DNA of 64,000 nt. Source: an uncultured Methanomassiliicoccales archaeon. GTDB taxonomy: Archaea > Thermoplasmatota > Thermoplasmata > Methanomassiliicoccales > UBA472. Of the stretch, positions 1 through 10,977 are shown piece after piece (position 1 is the first letter of the stretch; each line of letters begins with the position of its first letter). The stretch covers positions 1,952,001-2,016,000 of the forward strand of contig OY968769.1 in NCBI GenBank assembly GCA_963695345.1. Reading direction: 5' to 3'. The translations under genes were made by a program, and so were the position numbers. The notes under the pieces were generated by a model, which ran no database searches, was not told the DNA's origin, and saw only the letters and a program-made list of their open reading frames with translations.

Positions 1-1492
1 CCAGCGGTCTGTTCCTCAAGGCTCTTTACCGAAGAGGCCAGTTTCGTTTCCTCGATGACATCCTTCCTAAGCTTCTGCAGCCTGACGTCTATGTTCCCGC
101 GCACCTTCCTGTTCTTCTCCAATTCGTCGTCAGCCTGCTGCAGTTGGGAAGTGAGCTCGGCCAGCTGGGACCGCATTTCCGCGATCTCTTTGGTCATAAG
201 CTCCAGCAATGTGGAGTAGTGCTCGGCCAGGGTCCTTTCGCACGTGGGGCATTTGCTGTCCGGACCGATCGATTGGATATCGGACCTCTTCTTTTCCCGG
301 GCTGCAACATCCTTCTGGATCCGTTTGACCTCCCCCCTGAGCCAGTCAGACCTGCGGTTCAAATCGGCGATGCCCTCATCCGCACGCTTGAGATTCTCTT
401 CCGCGGAGGACAGGTGCTTGGACGGCTCCTTGAGTATCGGCCAGTTCCCTCTTCGATCTTGGCAGCCTTTTCCTCCAGCGTTGCCAGTTCCTTTTCCAGC
501 TTGGACCTTCGGGCTCGTTGGTATTCAAGCTCCATGAAGGATGACCGGACCGATTCCATCGAGTCCTTCTGCGCCACCGATCTCAAGAATTGCTGGTTCG
601 TTCCTTCGAGCTCGACCGCCCGGCTGCCTTTCTCCCGGAGCGATTCGATCTCTTTGGCCAGGCGGTCGATCGCTTGCGAGTTCCTTTCCATTCCCGCCCG
701 CAATTCCGCCGCTCTGCGCTGGTGGGATGAGTATTCCCTGATACTTCGTCTCTGCCTGGTCCCATTCACCCTTCACCGCATTCGTGCGCTTGTCCAGGGC
801 CTCAAGGAGCTTTCTCTGTTCCTGGAGTGACGATTCCAGCTGTTGGACCTCGGTCTCCAATATGGACCGTTCTGTCTCGACATTCTTCCTTTTCTCCTGG
901 CCGTTCGCCTCGAAGAGCAGCAGGTTCAGGTTCGCCAGTTCGGTGCGTTTGCCCTTGGCGTCCTTGTCGATCTCGATGACCACATCGTCCAGGACATCGA
1001 TCTCCAGCATGCGCAGGATGGTCTTCTTGCGATCGGCCGGACGGAGCGTGGAAAGAGCGTTCAGGTCCTTCTGCCTGGCGAAGACGGAGATGAAGAACGA
1101 CTTGTAGTCCATGCCCAGCCGGTCGACGATGAGCATCGGTAACGCCCTTGTCGGTCTTGGCTGACAGCGAGCCGTTCACACTGAGCGATGGCATCGGAGA
1201 CGCAGTTCTTGCCCTTGATGCTCCGGAACGCACGATAGTGGTCCGGTCCGAGATCGAACTCCAGTTCGACCGAGCACTCGTCATTGGGCCCGGCGGAAGA
1301 GCTCCTGATCCCTTCCTTTGTGGTACGCACGATCGACGACTCGTTCCCATAGAGCGCCCAGGCGATCGCCTCCACCAGGCTGGACTTGCCGGATCCGTTC
1401 TGGCCGATGATGCCGACGATGCCATCGGGGAACTCCACCCGGGCGTTGCGGAACTTGCGATAGTTCTTCAGCTCGAGGTATCTCAGTTTGAT
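1..1492 (-). CDS. rad50: DNA double-strand break repair ATPase Rad50/SbcC, 3'-partial (runs off window), frameshifted in the read
   Basis: IKLRYLELKNYRKF...GIIGQNGSGKSSLVEAIAWALYG (Walker A); FFISVFARQKDL (Q-loop); coiled coil; zinc hook (SKCPTC in the minus frame near 240-260). Start codon unclear (ATC at 1492). Confidence 0.93.
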
Positions 1493-2607
1493 CCTTCCAG
1501 CCCCCTTTTCAGATACTCGAGGCCCTTTGCCCGCACCTCGTCCTTGCTCACCCTCTCTACTGGATACTGGTCCAGGAATGATGTAGTACTCCGATTCGAG
1601 AGAGTCGATGCTGGCGCTCTTCCATTGCACTGACGAGTTCTCCTGGACCACTTCGAACTTGGGTTCAAAGTGGGTTGCCGATGAGGCTTTCTGGACGATG
1701 CGGTTGAAGTCCACTGCTTTGTACAGCTGCGGATGGTACCCGGTTGACGATGAGCCGGACGATCCGGCCTTCCATGGAAACCGTGTCCAGAACGTTCGAT
1801 ATCTCTTCCATCAGAGAGGCCGCGTCCATGCCCGAGGCGTCGATCGGACCTAGGTCCATCATCTCCCGGCGGCCAGCTTGACGAACCTTCGTTTCTTTGT
1901 GTCCAGATCTATCATCGATGAAACCCTTCGGCCTCGTCCGCCTCGGAGAAGGAAAGACGTTCGATGGACCCTGCGTAGTAGGCGTTGTCGGCAGCACTGG
2001 AATAGTTATGATAGTGGCCCAGGGCGATGTAGTCCATGTCCGTCCGCAGGTATGACGAGGGTACGATGGTCTCGTTGAACTCGCCCATCTTGAATACGTT
2101 CAGTCCAGAGACCCCGGCGTGCAGCGTCTCCACGTTATAGTTGGCATCACCGTCTGGCCGGACCTTGTCCAGCTCCGCGAACAGAGCCTCCCCCTCGTTG
2201 TGCGGCACGGCATGGATGGTGAGGTCATCCTGGACCACCCGTTCGTAGATGCCGCTGTAGACCGCCCGGAGGCCGCGCACATGCTCCAAGATCTTGAAGA
2301 CGCTACCGGTCTCCCGCAGCCTGGGCGTGGAATGGTTGCCGGCGATGACCACGACCGGTATGTCCGCCGCGGTAATGCGGGCCAGGTTGTCCAAGGCCAC
2401 CGATATGGCCCGGTTGGAAGGTCTGACCGAATCGAACAGATCACCGGAATGGATGACCACGTCTGGATGGATCTCGATGGCCTTGTCCGCGAACTCGGCG
2501 AACCGCCGATAGACGTCCATCTCCCGCTGGTTGATGCCAGTCTCGTCATCCACCTTACGGTAGGCGGAGAACCCGATGTGGGTGTCGGAGACGTGAACTA
2601 TCTTCAT
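1483..2607 (-). CDS. mre11: Mre11/SbcD nuclease, frameshifted
   Basis: Metallophosphoesterase motifs SDTHIG, HSGDLFD, IAGNH, YIALGHYH, YAGSIER; directly upstream of rad50. Confidence 0.95.
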
Positions 2608-2628
2608 CCGATTCGTATAACCGGCTTC

Positions 2629-2640
2629 CAGTTAAATACC
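2629..2640 (-). promoter_or_regulatory. Putative TATA box of a leaderless mre11 transcript
   Basis: TATTTAAC on the minus strand about 25 bp upstream of the ATG at 2607. Confidence 0.45.
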
Positions 2641-2678
2641 GTTGCGGAGAGATGGCCGAAAGTGACTACGGTTCGGAA

Positions 2679-4454
2679 TCATGCTTCTGCTCCAGAAGGT
2701 TCTCGCTCAAGCAGATTGGTCATCTTGTCATAGGTGGCCTTGTTGATGTCCCGCAGCCATATGGTGACCATGATCCCTATGACGATCACTGCCACGATCA
2801 GCAGGAACGGGAAGTCCCTGGCCATCGGTGCGATCGGTATCAGCATGAAGAACAGCGATGATGAATGTGAAGATGTAGCCCAGCCTGGTCATGATGTGGA
2901 AGAACATATGCCCGGTGCTGCTCTGGAAACGCCCGGTCTCCACCAGTCCTTTGACCAGGATGATCGACGATGCGTCTCATCCTCCGCATGATGCTGATCA
3001 GCGGCGGAATGATGAGGGCGACCGAAATGATCATGCCCAGCGTGGTAGGCAGCAATCGAAAGTCCAGTGGCGACACCCTGGAGCAGGTATGCCAAACCCA
3101 TAGAAGAGCCCGGCGAACACCTGGATCATCAGGATGATGGTGAAGTCGACGAATATCCAGAAGAGATGTTTGCAGCACCTCCTTCCGGCGATCGGCATGC
3201 GTTGCCATCCAGGACCTGACCTCGGACCGCAGCGCCTCCGTCCTACGTAGCGAAGCGACGATCGAACCGGGAAGGTGGGCTGCCAGGTAATCCACGGTAC
3301 CGGGAGGAGTAGCGGAAGGTGATCGGCAGTACTATCATGGTGATCAAGGCCGCTCCGATGATCGAGGAATAGAAGAACTGGCTGAGGGTCCCGTTATCGA
3401 CCCCGGTCTTCACGATGACGAACGAGAACTCGCCCATCGCCACCATGGCCATGCCGGACATCATCGAGGATCGGGCGTCGGTGTTGGCCACGTAGGTGGC
3501 GGTCGTAACGCTGAATATCTTGCCCACGATGAAGACACGCGGCGATGATGATGGCGGGCAGTATGTTCTGTATCACCAGCCGGGGGTCGATCAGCATGCC
3601 GATGGAGACGAAGAATATCGCCATGAACATCTCCTTGATGGGCATGGTCTTGAGCACGATCTCCTGCTGGGCGGCCGACTGGGAGACGATGATGCCCATG
3701 ACGAACGCGCCGATGGCAACGCTCAGACCGATCTCGGAGGATAGCAAGGCCATGCCGAAGCACAGACCCAGCGAGACCAGCAGCAGCACTTCGCTGGGAT
3801 ACTTCCTCTTGACGTAGTCGATGAGGCGCGGGCACGACAGCGAAGCCCAGCGATCAGGCTCAGTCCTATGAAGAGGACCGCCCCGCCCAGGATGCCGATC
3901 GCCGAGGATAGGCCGGGCGCCTTCCCGGAACCCAGCGGGGACACCATCGCCAGTATGATGACGGCGGCGATGTCCTCCATGATCAGGATGCCGATGATCC
4001 CGCTGGCGTACTGCTTCTGGATGTGGCCCGCGTCCGTCAGCACCTTGACGATGACCGCGGTCGAGGAGATCGACATGACCGCGCCGAGGAAGATCGATTC
4101 GATGCTCGCACCATCCCATCAGCCCATCCCAGAGCGTAGCCGATGGTGATCATGATGACGATCTCTATCGTCCCGGCCACGATGGCGAACAGTCCGGTCT
4201 GGCGCAGCTTCCGGAGGTTGAACTCCAGACCGATGGTGAACATCAGCAGTATGATACCCAGGTTGGCCAGCGAGTTCACCGTGTCGATGTCGGTGATCAG
4301 GTCGAAGGGAAAAAGATAGGGTCCGACCAGGATCCCGGCCGCCAGGTAACCGATGACCACTGGCATCCTCAGCCTTGGTGAACAGGACGGCGGTCAGCCC
4401 GGCCACCGCGAGTATGACCGTAATCTCCATCAGGAAACGGATCTGGACATCCAA
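2679..4454 (-). CDS. CPA2-family cation:proton antiporter (KefB-like) with a hydrophobic C-terminal extension, multiply frameshifted
   Basis: PVVIGYLAAGILVGP, LGIILLMFTIGLEF, SISSTAVIVK, GILIMEDIAAV, GLSVAIGAFVMG, FFVSIGM and MGEFSFVI are spread over successive ORF fragments. Confidence 0.88.
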
Positions 4455-4460
4455 GTCATA

Positions 4461-6026
4461 TCACCGATCAGAAGAAACCTTTGTCCGGGGCCTTTTGCAT
4501 CGCCTCGGGAACGCAGGGCATTCGTCGGTCACGTTGCAGCGCTTGAGATATTCCTCGTACAGATGGACCTTCACCGGGATCGCGAACGGGGTGAACGGCG
4601 AGGCGATCAGCGCCTCGCCTGGCATCAGCATCTGGATCTCGTTCTCCAGCATGGAGATGTCCTGCTTGGCCGAGTTCCGCAGGATGTCCCGGTCCCGCTT
4701 GTCGGCCAGACCGAGGATGAACAAGGGTGTTGAACTGCGAGATGATCTCCTCGTTGATCAGCTTCGGCTGCTGCGAAACGGCGCACAGTCCCGACCTTGA
4801 ACTTCCTTCCCTCACGGGCGATCTGGGCGAAGATGGTCCCCTTGGCCTGGGACAGCACCCGCTGCGCCTCCTCCATGGCGATCAGCACCGGCGGCTGCTT
4901 GTCGAACTTGGCCTTGTCCGAGTACAGCGCCTTGTTCTGCTCGAAGATCGCCCGGGTCGAGCACGGTCGAGATGAGCAGCTCCTCCGCCTCGAACATGTT
5001 GGAGGTGTCGACCAGCACCACCTTGCCGTTCGCAAGGCAGTCGAGCACGTTCTTGGTGATGGACAGCTGCCGGTCGGTGGTGACCAGGTCGAACTGGAAG
5101 ATGCTGTCCAGGCGACGCTTGATGACGTTGACCGTGCCTTCATGGAACTTGTCCTGCAGGTCCTTGACGATGGTCTTGACATCCTTGTCCCGCAAGCTCC
5201 ATCAGCCAGGCGTCCTCGTAATGGTACTGCGCCGTCTGCAGGCATTCCACCTGGGCGCCGGTGAACTCGTAGAGGTTCTTCAGGTCGTCGATCTCGATCT
5301 CCGAGGAACTGACGTGGAGGGTGGTGTACGGTCCGTCCAGCTTCCGCGAACTGAAGACCACCAGGCCTTCCTTGGCCGCGGTGGCGTGGCACAGGCCCTT
5401 CTTGCCCATCTCCCCGCCGTCGTAGTACTCGCCGTGCGGGTCGAAGATCAGGAAACCGTAGCGCCGTTCCCTCATGCATGAGAGGGCCAGCGATTTCATC
5501 AGGTTGCTCTTGCCCATGCCGGTGGTGGCGAAGATGCCGACGTGGTGGGGGAAAGACCGACCCGAGATGCCGACCGGGAAGTCCAGGATCTGGTCTCCGG
5601 AACGCAGGACGGCCGACCTCTATGTCCCCCATCAACGGCCGGAGGAACTCGTAGTCGCCGCCGTCCGCCCTCCTGACCCGGGAGAAATGCTCCGGTATCG
5701 ACTTGACCTTCCGGAACTCATTTCCGGTGAGGTAACCCAGGGGGGAACATGTCCCGGTGCGGTAGATCATGTCGCTCATGTCCTCGGGATCGAACTTCTT
5801 GTTATCCTTGTCCCGCTGCATGGCCGTTCCCGCCTCGCGCACCAGCCAGTCATCGGAATCGGCGTCGGCGCCATACTCGACGTCCATCACCCTGACCATG
5901 TACTTGGTGGCCCCGCCCTTGTCCTCGATGATCAGGAGCTCTCCCGACCTGGACGTTCTCCGAATGTTCGGTCCTGAACCTAAGCTCCATAACGCTGGTT
6001 CCGAACACCCTTCCGATCGCAGCCAT
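4461..6026 (-). CDS. herA: HerA bipolar helicase / FtsK-HerA ATPase, frameshifted
   Basis: HVGIFATTGMGKS (Walker A), IFDPHGEY, IAMEEAQR (Walker B), AREGRKF, SQQP, LMPGEALI. Confidence 0.9.
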
Positions 6027-6187
6027 CTTGAATCCCCGTTCGGTTGATTGCCTACTTCAATTAAACAGTTTACCTCCAGGATGCCGAAAGTGCGATGTCA
6101 TCATGATCGAGAATCACGATATTTCGATATTTTTTGTTGGATATGTATTGCAAAGGTTTATTGTGCCAGTAGCACGTTCCCAAACCA

Positions 6188-7106
6188 ATGCGCCCGGAGT
6201 CCATTTTGCTCGGCAGCGGTGAGGCCAATAGCCGGCCGACGATGCGGGTAATCGGCATCGGGGGAGCCGGGTGCAACACCATTTCCCACATGGGCGACGA
6301 GGGTATCGCGGTCTGCTCGGACAAGAGCCATTCCTCCCTGATTCGCCACAAGCGGATACTCAGGCTGACAGACAATCAGGTGAAGTCGGCCCGCTCGATG
6401 GACCCCAAATATGCGCACACTTTGAACCTGGAGTGGCTGGAAAAGCTCAAGGAGCATGTCGAGCGCCCTGACATCGTCTTCATTTTCGTAGGGTTGGGGG
6501 GTGAGACCGGAAGCTACGTGTCACCCCTGGTCGCATCGATATGCCAGAAGGTGGCCAAGCTGGTCGTGGTGTCCGCCTCGGAGCCCTTCTCGGTGGAGGG
6601 AACGGACCGCCGGACGGCCGCCCAGGAAGGAAGGCAGCGGCTGCAGACCAGCTGTGACATCCCGATCATCTATTCCAACGACCCGTTGCTGCAGATGGCC
6701 CCGAACCTGCCCATCCGCAAGGCGTTCAACGTCATGGACCAGATCATGCTTTCCCCGGTCTACGAGCTCATCGACGTGCTGACCCTGGAGGACATCAAGG
6801 GGGTAAGGGATGATTTCCGGGGTTGCACCAAGGTGCGCCTGGGGGTAGGTTACGGAGGCTCAGGGCTGGAAAGGGTCTCGGTGGCCGTGGAGGACGCCTT
6901 CACATCGCCCTGGTTCGATTCGCCGACCGATATGGCCCGGTCAGCGGTGCTGGTGGTCAATTCCTCTGAGCCGGACCCTTATCTGCTCGAAGAAGTGATG
7001 AAGGACGTATCATCCAGGCTTGCCGCGCGCCAAGATCCGTTATTCTTCCCGGGGCGACCCGGCACTGGAAAGGCGCATCAAGGTCACCGTTCTGGTCGGA
7101 TGGTAG
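6188..7106 (+). CDS. Divergent, short FtsZ/tubulin-family protein (probable frameshift near 7020; reconstructed C-terminus ...IKVTVLVGW*)
   Basis: VIGIGGAGCN (T1 loop), GLGGETGS (variant tubulin signature), PFSVEG, SNDPL, AF...SPW. Confidence 0.85.
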
Positions 7107-7423
7107 TCCTGAACAGTGGTCTTTCTCTTTTGCTCGAGATGATGATCTTTTTCGCTTCCATCTAAAATGTTGCCATGAAGGTCGCCGCGATCACCAACGC
7201 CCATTGAACCGCGCTGATGCGTTGCATAGTCGACCGATCACTTCCTCATCAGATATGCCCTTGTCCCGGTCGGTTCCCCGGCCCCTAAGGGCCTCCCCTT
7301 CGTCGATGGAGTGCCAACTGACCATCTGATATCCCATGTCCCGCGCCCTGGCGATGAATCGCCAGTGTGCTGTTGTATGTCAAGTGAGAAAATTCACCAT
7401 AGGGTTTTTGATGGTCCCGCCCC

Positions 7424-8218
7424 TCATTCCCCTTCAGCGATCTCCTGCGGTGCGCCGGCGAACTTGACCAGAGCATACGCCTCCATGAAGTGCAGTTTCG
7501 AGGGAACGACCAGGTGTGGAGAGGTCCGCCCATGTCCAACGTCCTCATCTTTTCCGGATAGCCGGCGGCGATCTCCTCTGATCGATGAACCGATGCGGGC
7601 AGCGGCACAGATCAGCGAATCAGGGGTGATGAGCTTGCGGCCGAACCGTTTCTCCGCCTCGATGAGCCAGTTCACCCCGTCGATGGAGGTCATATACCGG
7701 TTCTCCTCCTCCCTGATGTCCAGAAGGACCATCGTGTGCAGTCCCCGTTCCTTGTTCTCCAGGATGCGCTCGTACGGGCTGGAAGGGAAATACTCGCCTT
7801 CCACGAAAGGCAGGGTGACCGTCCTCCCGAACTTGTACGGCTGCAGCCCTAGAGAGGAAGGGCAGGCGGTGAATATCGAGACCCCGTGGATCACCTTGGT
7901 CGGGATGTTCGCGTCCACCGCCTGGATGCGCAGGTCCACATGGGTCGTGGCGGCCATGGTGTCCCCGGCGGTGACGAACGCCACCCGCTTCTCCTTGGCG
8001 GCATCGATCACCATCTCCGATTCCTCCACGTCCTTCCTCTTCAGGACCGTGATGTTCTTTCCGATGGCCCTTCCCAGGTCTTCGAGCGAGGCATCGATCA
8101 GCCTCGATGTGTAGAACTCCACGAATATCTGGTCACAGCCTTTCAGTTCCCTGAGGGCGCGGACGCTCATGTCGTCCACTCCGCCCAACCCTAAACCAAC
8201 AAATAGCAATTCGCCCAT
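7424..8218 (-). CDS. dph5: Diphthine synthase, frameshift near the C-terminus
   Basis: MGELLFVGLGL, EFYTS, AGDTMAATTH, GLQPYKFG, GLHTMVLLD. Confidence 0.95.
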   Translation of the reverse strand: MGELLFVGLGLGGVDDMSVRALRELKGCDQIFVEFYTSRLIDASLEDLGRAIGKNITVLKRKDVEESEMVIDAAKEKRVAFVTAGDTMAATTHVDLRIQAVDANIPTKVIHGVSIFTACPSSLGLQPYKFGRTVTLPFVEGEYFPSSPYERILENKERGLHTMVLLDIREEENRYMTSIDGVNWLIEAEKRFGRKLITPDSLICAAARIGSSIRGDRRRLSGKDEDVGHGRTSPHLVVPSKLHFMEAYALVKFAGAPQEIAEGE

Positions 8219-8228
8219 CGACATCACC

Positions 8229-9248
8229 GTGCGCTCTCTATGCGTTCGCGTACCGAAGGGTGAAGGCGAGTCCGTCCGTAAAAAGCTTTTAGACCTGGGC
8301 GTCCTGGATTCGGCGCTCAAGATCATAAGGGAGGGCGATTCGATCCTCTTCCCGGTGCTCGGCGACAATATTCCGGACATCGGTCTCGAGGTCTGTGAGG
8401 AAGAGTTTGACGAGCGCAGGCTAATGGATACTGACTACAAATCGCTGGTCTCCGTGCCGGACGAGCTCAGGCCGCTGCTTCCCACATCATTCGATGTGAT
8501 CGGCGACATCGGGATATTCCGGATGCCGGACGAACTATCGTCATACTCCAAGGAGATCGGGACCGCCCTGCTTTCCGCGTTCCCGCGGCTTCGCACGATC
8601 GCCATGGACAAAGGGGTCAAGGGGGAGTTCCGGGTGCGCGACCTGGAGGTGGTGGCCGGCGATGAGAGGCTGGAGACCATCCACCAGGAGTACGGGATAA
8701 GGCTGCTGGTCGATCCCAGCCGAGTCTATTTCAACCCTCGGCTGGCGGGCGAGCGCCACCGGGTGGCCTCGCTGGTGCGGGAAGGGGAGACGGTGATCGA
8801 CATGTTCTCCGGCATCGGCCCCTTCGCCATCATGATCGCCAAGCAGGCCAGGCCGTTCGTTGTTTTCGGACTGGACATCAATCCGGAATGCATCGAGTAC
8901 ATGAAAAGGAACATCGAGATCAACAAGGTCGCCACCGTGGTCCCGATCGAAGGGGACTCGAAGCAGCTGATATTCGACATACCCTGTGCCGATCGGATAG
9001 TGATGAACCTGCCCCATACCGCCAGGCAGTACTTCCCCGAGGCGCTGACGCGGCTGAACATCGGTGGCACCATACATTTCTATCACATTTGCGAGAGGAA
9101 CGAGATCGATTCGGTCCTGGAACAGATGGTGCTCGAGGCCATGGGCATGGGGGTGTGCGTCGACATCGCGCACAAGGAGGAGCTGAAGACCTACTCGCCG
9201 AGCGCCAGTGTGTTCAGCGCGGATCTATTTCTTCGTGACTGGTGCTAA
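8229..9248 (+). CDS. trm5: tRNA (guanine37-N1)-methyltransferase, Trm5/Met-10+ family
   Basis: SFDVIGDI, ETIHQEYG, VYFNPRLAGER, DMFSGIGPF, DRIVMNLP; probable GTG start. Confidence 0.9.
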   Translation: MRSLCVRVPKGEGESVRKKLLDLGVLDSALKIIREGDSILFPVLGDNIPDIGLEVCEEEFDERRLMDTDYKSLVSVPDELRPLLPTSFDVIGDIGIFRMPDELSSYSKEIGTALLSAFPRLRTIAMDKGVKGEFRVRDLEVVAGDERLETIHQEYGIRLLVDPSRVYFNPRLAGERHRVASLVREGETVIDMFSGIGPFAIMIAKQARPFVVFGLDINPECIEYMKRNIEINKVATVVPIEGDSKQLIFDIPCADRIVMNLPHTARQYFPEALTRLNIGGTIHFYHICERNEIDSVLEQMVLEAMGMGVCVDIAHKEELKTYSPSASVFSADLFLRDWC

Positions 9249-9716
9249 CGTTATCCCTTTCTGGTCCTGGTAATTGCCGCTCCTCTTCTCATAGGTCATC
9301 TCACAACCGGAATGCATCATTTCCAGCACCATCTGCACGAAGCGGCAGCCAATAGGCACCTCCACCGTCTGCGATGAGGCGTTGAACCCAGTGAAGGTGA
9401 GGGTTCCATGGAAGCCAGCGTCTATCTTGCCCAAGCCCACCAGCAGGCCCTTCCTGATCCAGGAGGTCCTGGTCCAGAGCTGGGCGGCGATATCATCGGG
9501 CAGCTCGACATGCTCCATCGTGCTCACGAAGAACATCTTCCCCGAGCCGATGTACACCGTTCCGTCCCGCCGGGTCTCCCCGGAATCGGCCATTCTGATC
9601 TCGGCGATGCGCAGGTCATACCCGTTGGGGGTCAGGCTCGCGTCCGAATAGTCTCTGATCACCAGCTTCCCGTTCTTCATCAACTCGACAATCTCATGGT
9701 CCGGAACGATGCACAT
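9225..9716 (-). CDS. dcd: dCTP deaminase
   Basis: PNGYDLR, RTSWIRKG, GKIDAGFHG, RFVQM, YQDQKG. Confidence 0.9.
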   Translation of the reverse strand: MCIVPDHEIVELMKNGKLVIRDYSDASLTPNGYDLRIAEIRMADSGETRRDGTVYIGSGKMFFVSTMEHVELPDDIAAQLWTRTSWIRKGLLVGLGKIDAGFHGTLTFTGFNASSQTVEVPIGCRFVQMVLEMMHSGCEMTYEKRSGNYQDQKGITLAPVTKK

Positions 9717-9858
9717 GACCACGTTATCCTTCTTCTGGAACATTAGAGTAACGCCTGTTCCTAAACAGAGCTCGTCAATCCATGTGTGGGAATCATTTCG
9801 TAGTCCCGGAAACAAAAGCGAATAGTTATCATATTGAAACCGAAATTCTCCTTCCAGA

Positions 9859-10977
9859 ATGTCATTTTTTACTCATGAGGACAAGGTGAACCCAAAATCA
9901 CTTAGTTCCATTGACCTTCACGACCATGTTGCAATTGTTTATGAGACGCGACAGAGCATGTTCGACCTTCTCGCGGAGCTGTGCAAGATCGGCCTGGAGA
10001 GGAACGAAAAGTGCTTGATTTCGACATATGAGGGGAAAGAGATCGAGACGCACCTCCGGCGGGCCAGGATCGATGTCGATTCAGCCTTGTCATCCGGTTC
10101 CCTGGTCATTCGAGATGTCCCTAAGATATTCCCCAGCGAGGCCAGTTTCGATCCAGGCCGGACCGTCGCTTTGTTCGAGGGCTTGATCAAAGAGGCGTTA
10201 GATCAAGGCTATTCCGGGTTGAGAGTATTCAATTCATCGTATTCTCCATCACCCCTCGAAGACCCTAAGCTCCATCTCGATTACGTCAAGGATATGGGGC
10301 GGGTGATGAGGGATAATAAGGTCGTTCGGATCAGTCTCTATGATCTGGACGATAGAAAGCCCGACATCATCATAAACGCCATTCTATGCCATCCGACGAT
10401 CATCCTGAGAGGGATCGTCTGCAACAATTTTTTCTATATCCCCCCCGAGCAGCTGTTCGGCCCCAAAGGCGGTTCCCCCGAACTGTACCGGCTGCTGGAC
10501 AACCTGATCGATGTCCATCAGAACGAGCTCAGTCTTAAGGAAAGCCACGAAAAGCTGGAAACGACAAATCGTATTCTTCGCGAGGAGATCACCAAGAGGA
10601 AGATGGTCGAATGGGCCCTCTTGTCATCCGAACTGCGTTATCGCAATACCTTGGACTCGATCAACGAGATGGTCGCTGTCATCGACCGGGACTACAAGGT
10701 CACCCTGACGAACAAGGCGATGGAGACCATGGGAGACACGCTGGGGGTCGACTGCCGCTTCGTCGGTAAGCCATTATTCGAGGCTTTCCCGCATCTCTCA
10801 AAAGAGGAAATGGATGAATACGATCATGTGTTCAGGACCGGAGAGAAGATCGTCACTCAACGAGCCTACTCCCATAACGGCCTAATGGTGTGGGCCGAGG
10901 TCAGCAAAGTACCGATGATGGAAGGAGACATAGTTGTCAATGTGACAACGATTGTCCGCAGTTTGCATAAGCAGTAG
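9859..10977 (+). CDS. MEDS-domain + coiled coil + PAS sensory protein
   Basis: DHVAIVYE...GLERNEKC...GYSGLRV...SLYD...CHP...NFFYIPPE (MEDS pattern), then SELRYRNTLDSINEMVAVID...NKAM (PAS). Confidence 0.8.
   Translation: MSFFTHEDKVNPKSLSSIDLHDHVAIVYETRQSMFDLLAELCKIGLERNEKCLISTYEGKEIETHLRRARIDVDSALSSGSLVIRDVPKIFPSEASFDPGRTVALFEGLIKEALDQGYSGLRVFNSSYSPSPLEDPKLHLDYVKDMGRVMRDNKVVRISLYDLDDRKPDIIINAILCHPTIILRGIVCNNFFYIPPEQLFGPKGGSPELYRLLDNLIDVHQNELSLKESHEKLETTNRILREEITKRKMVEWALLSSELRYRNTLDSINEMVAVIDRDYKVTLTNKAMETMGDTLGVDCRFVGKPLFEAFPHLSKEEMDEYDHVFRTGEKIVTQRAYSHNGLMVWAEVSKVPMMEGDIVVNVTTIVRSLHKQ

Noticed and set aside
6136-6154. Possible fourth cob palindrome (GTTGGATATGTATTGCAA) in the herA/ftsZ-like intergenic region
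   Set aside because: The right arm matches only 4/6 and the neighbouring genes are unrelated to cobamides.
7225-7260. Hammerhead ribozyme (CTGATGAG on the minus strand)
   Set aside because: No stem II followed by GAAA.
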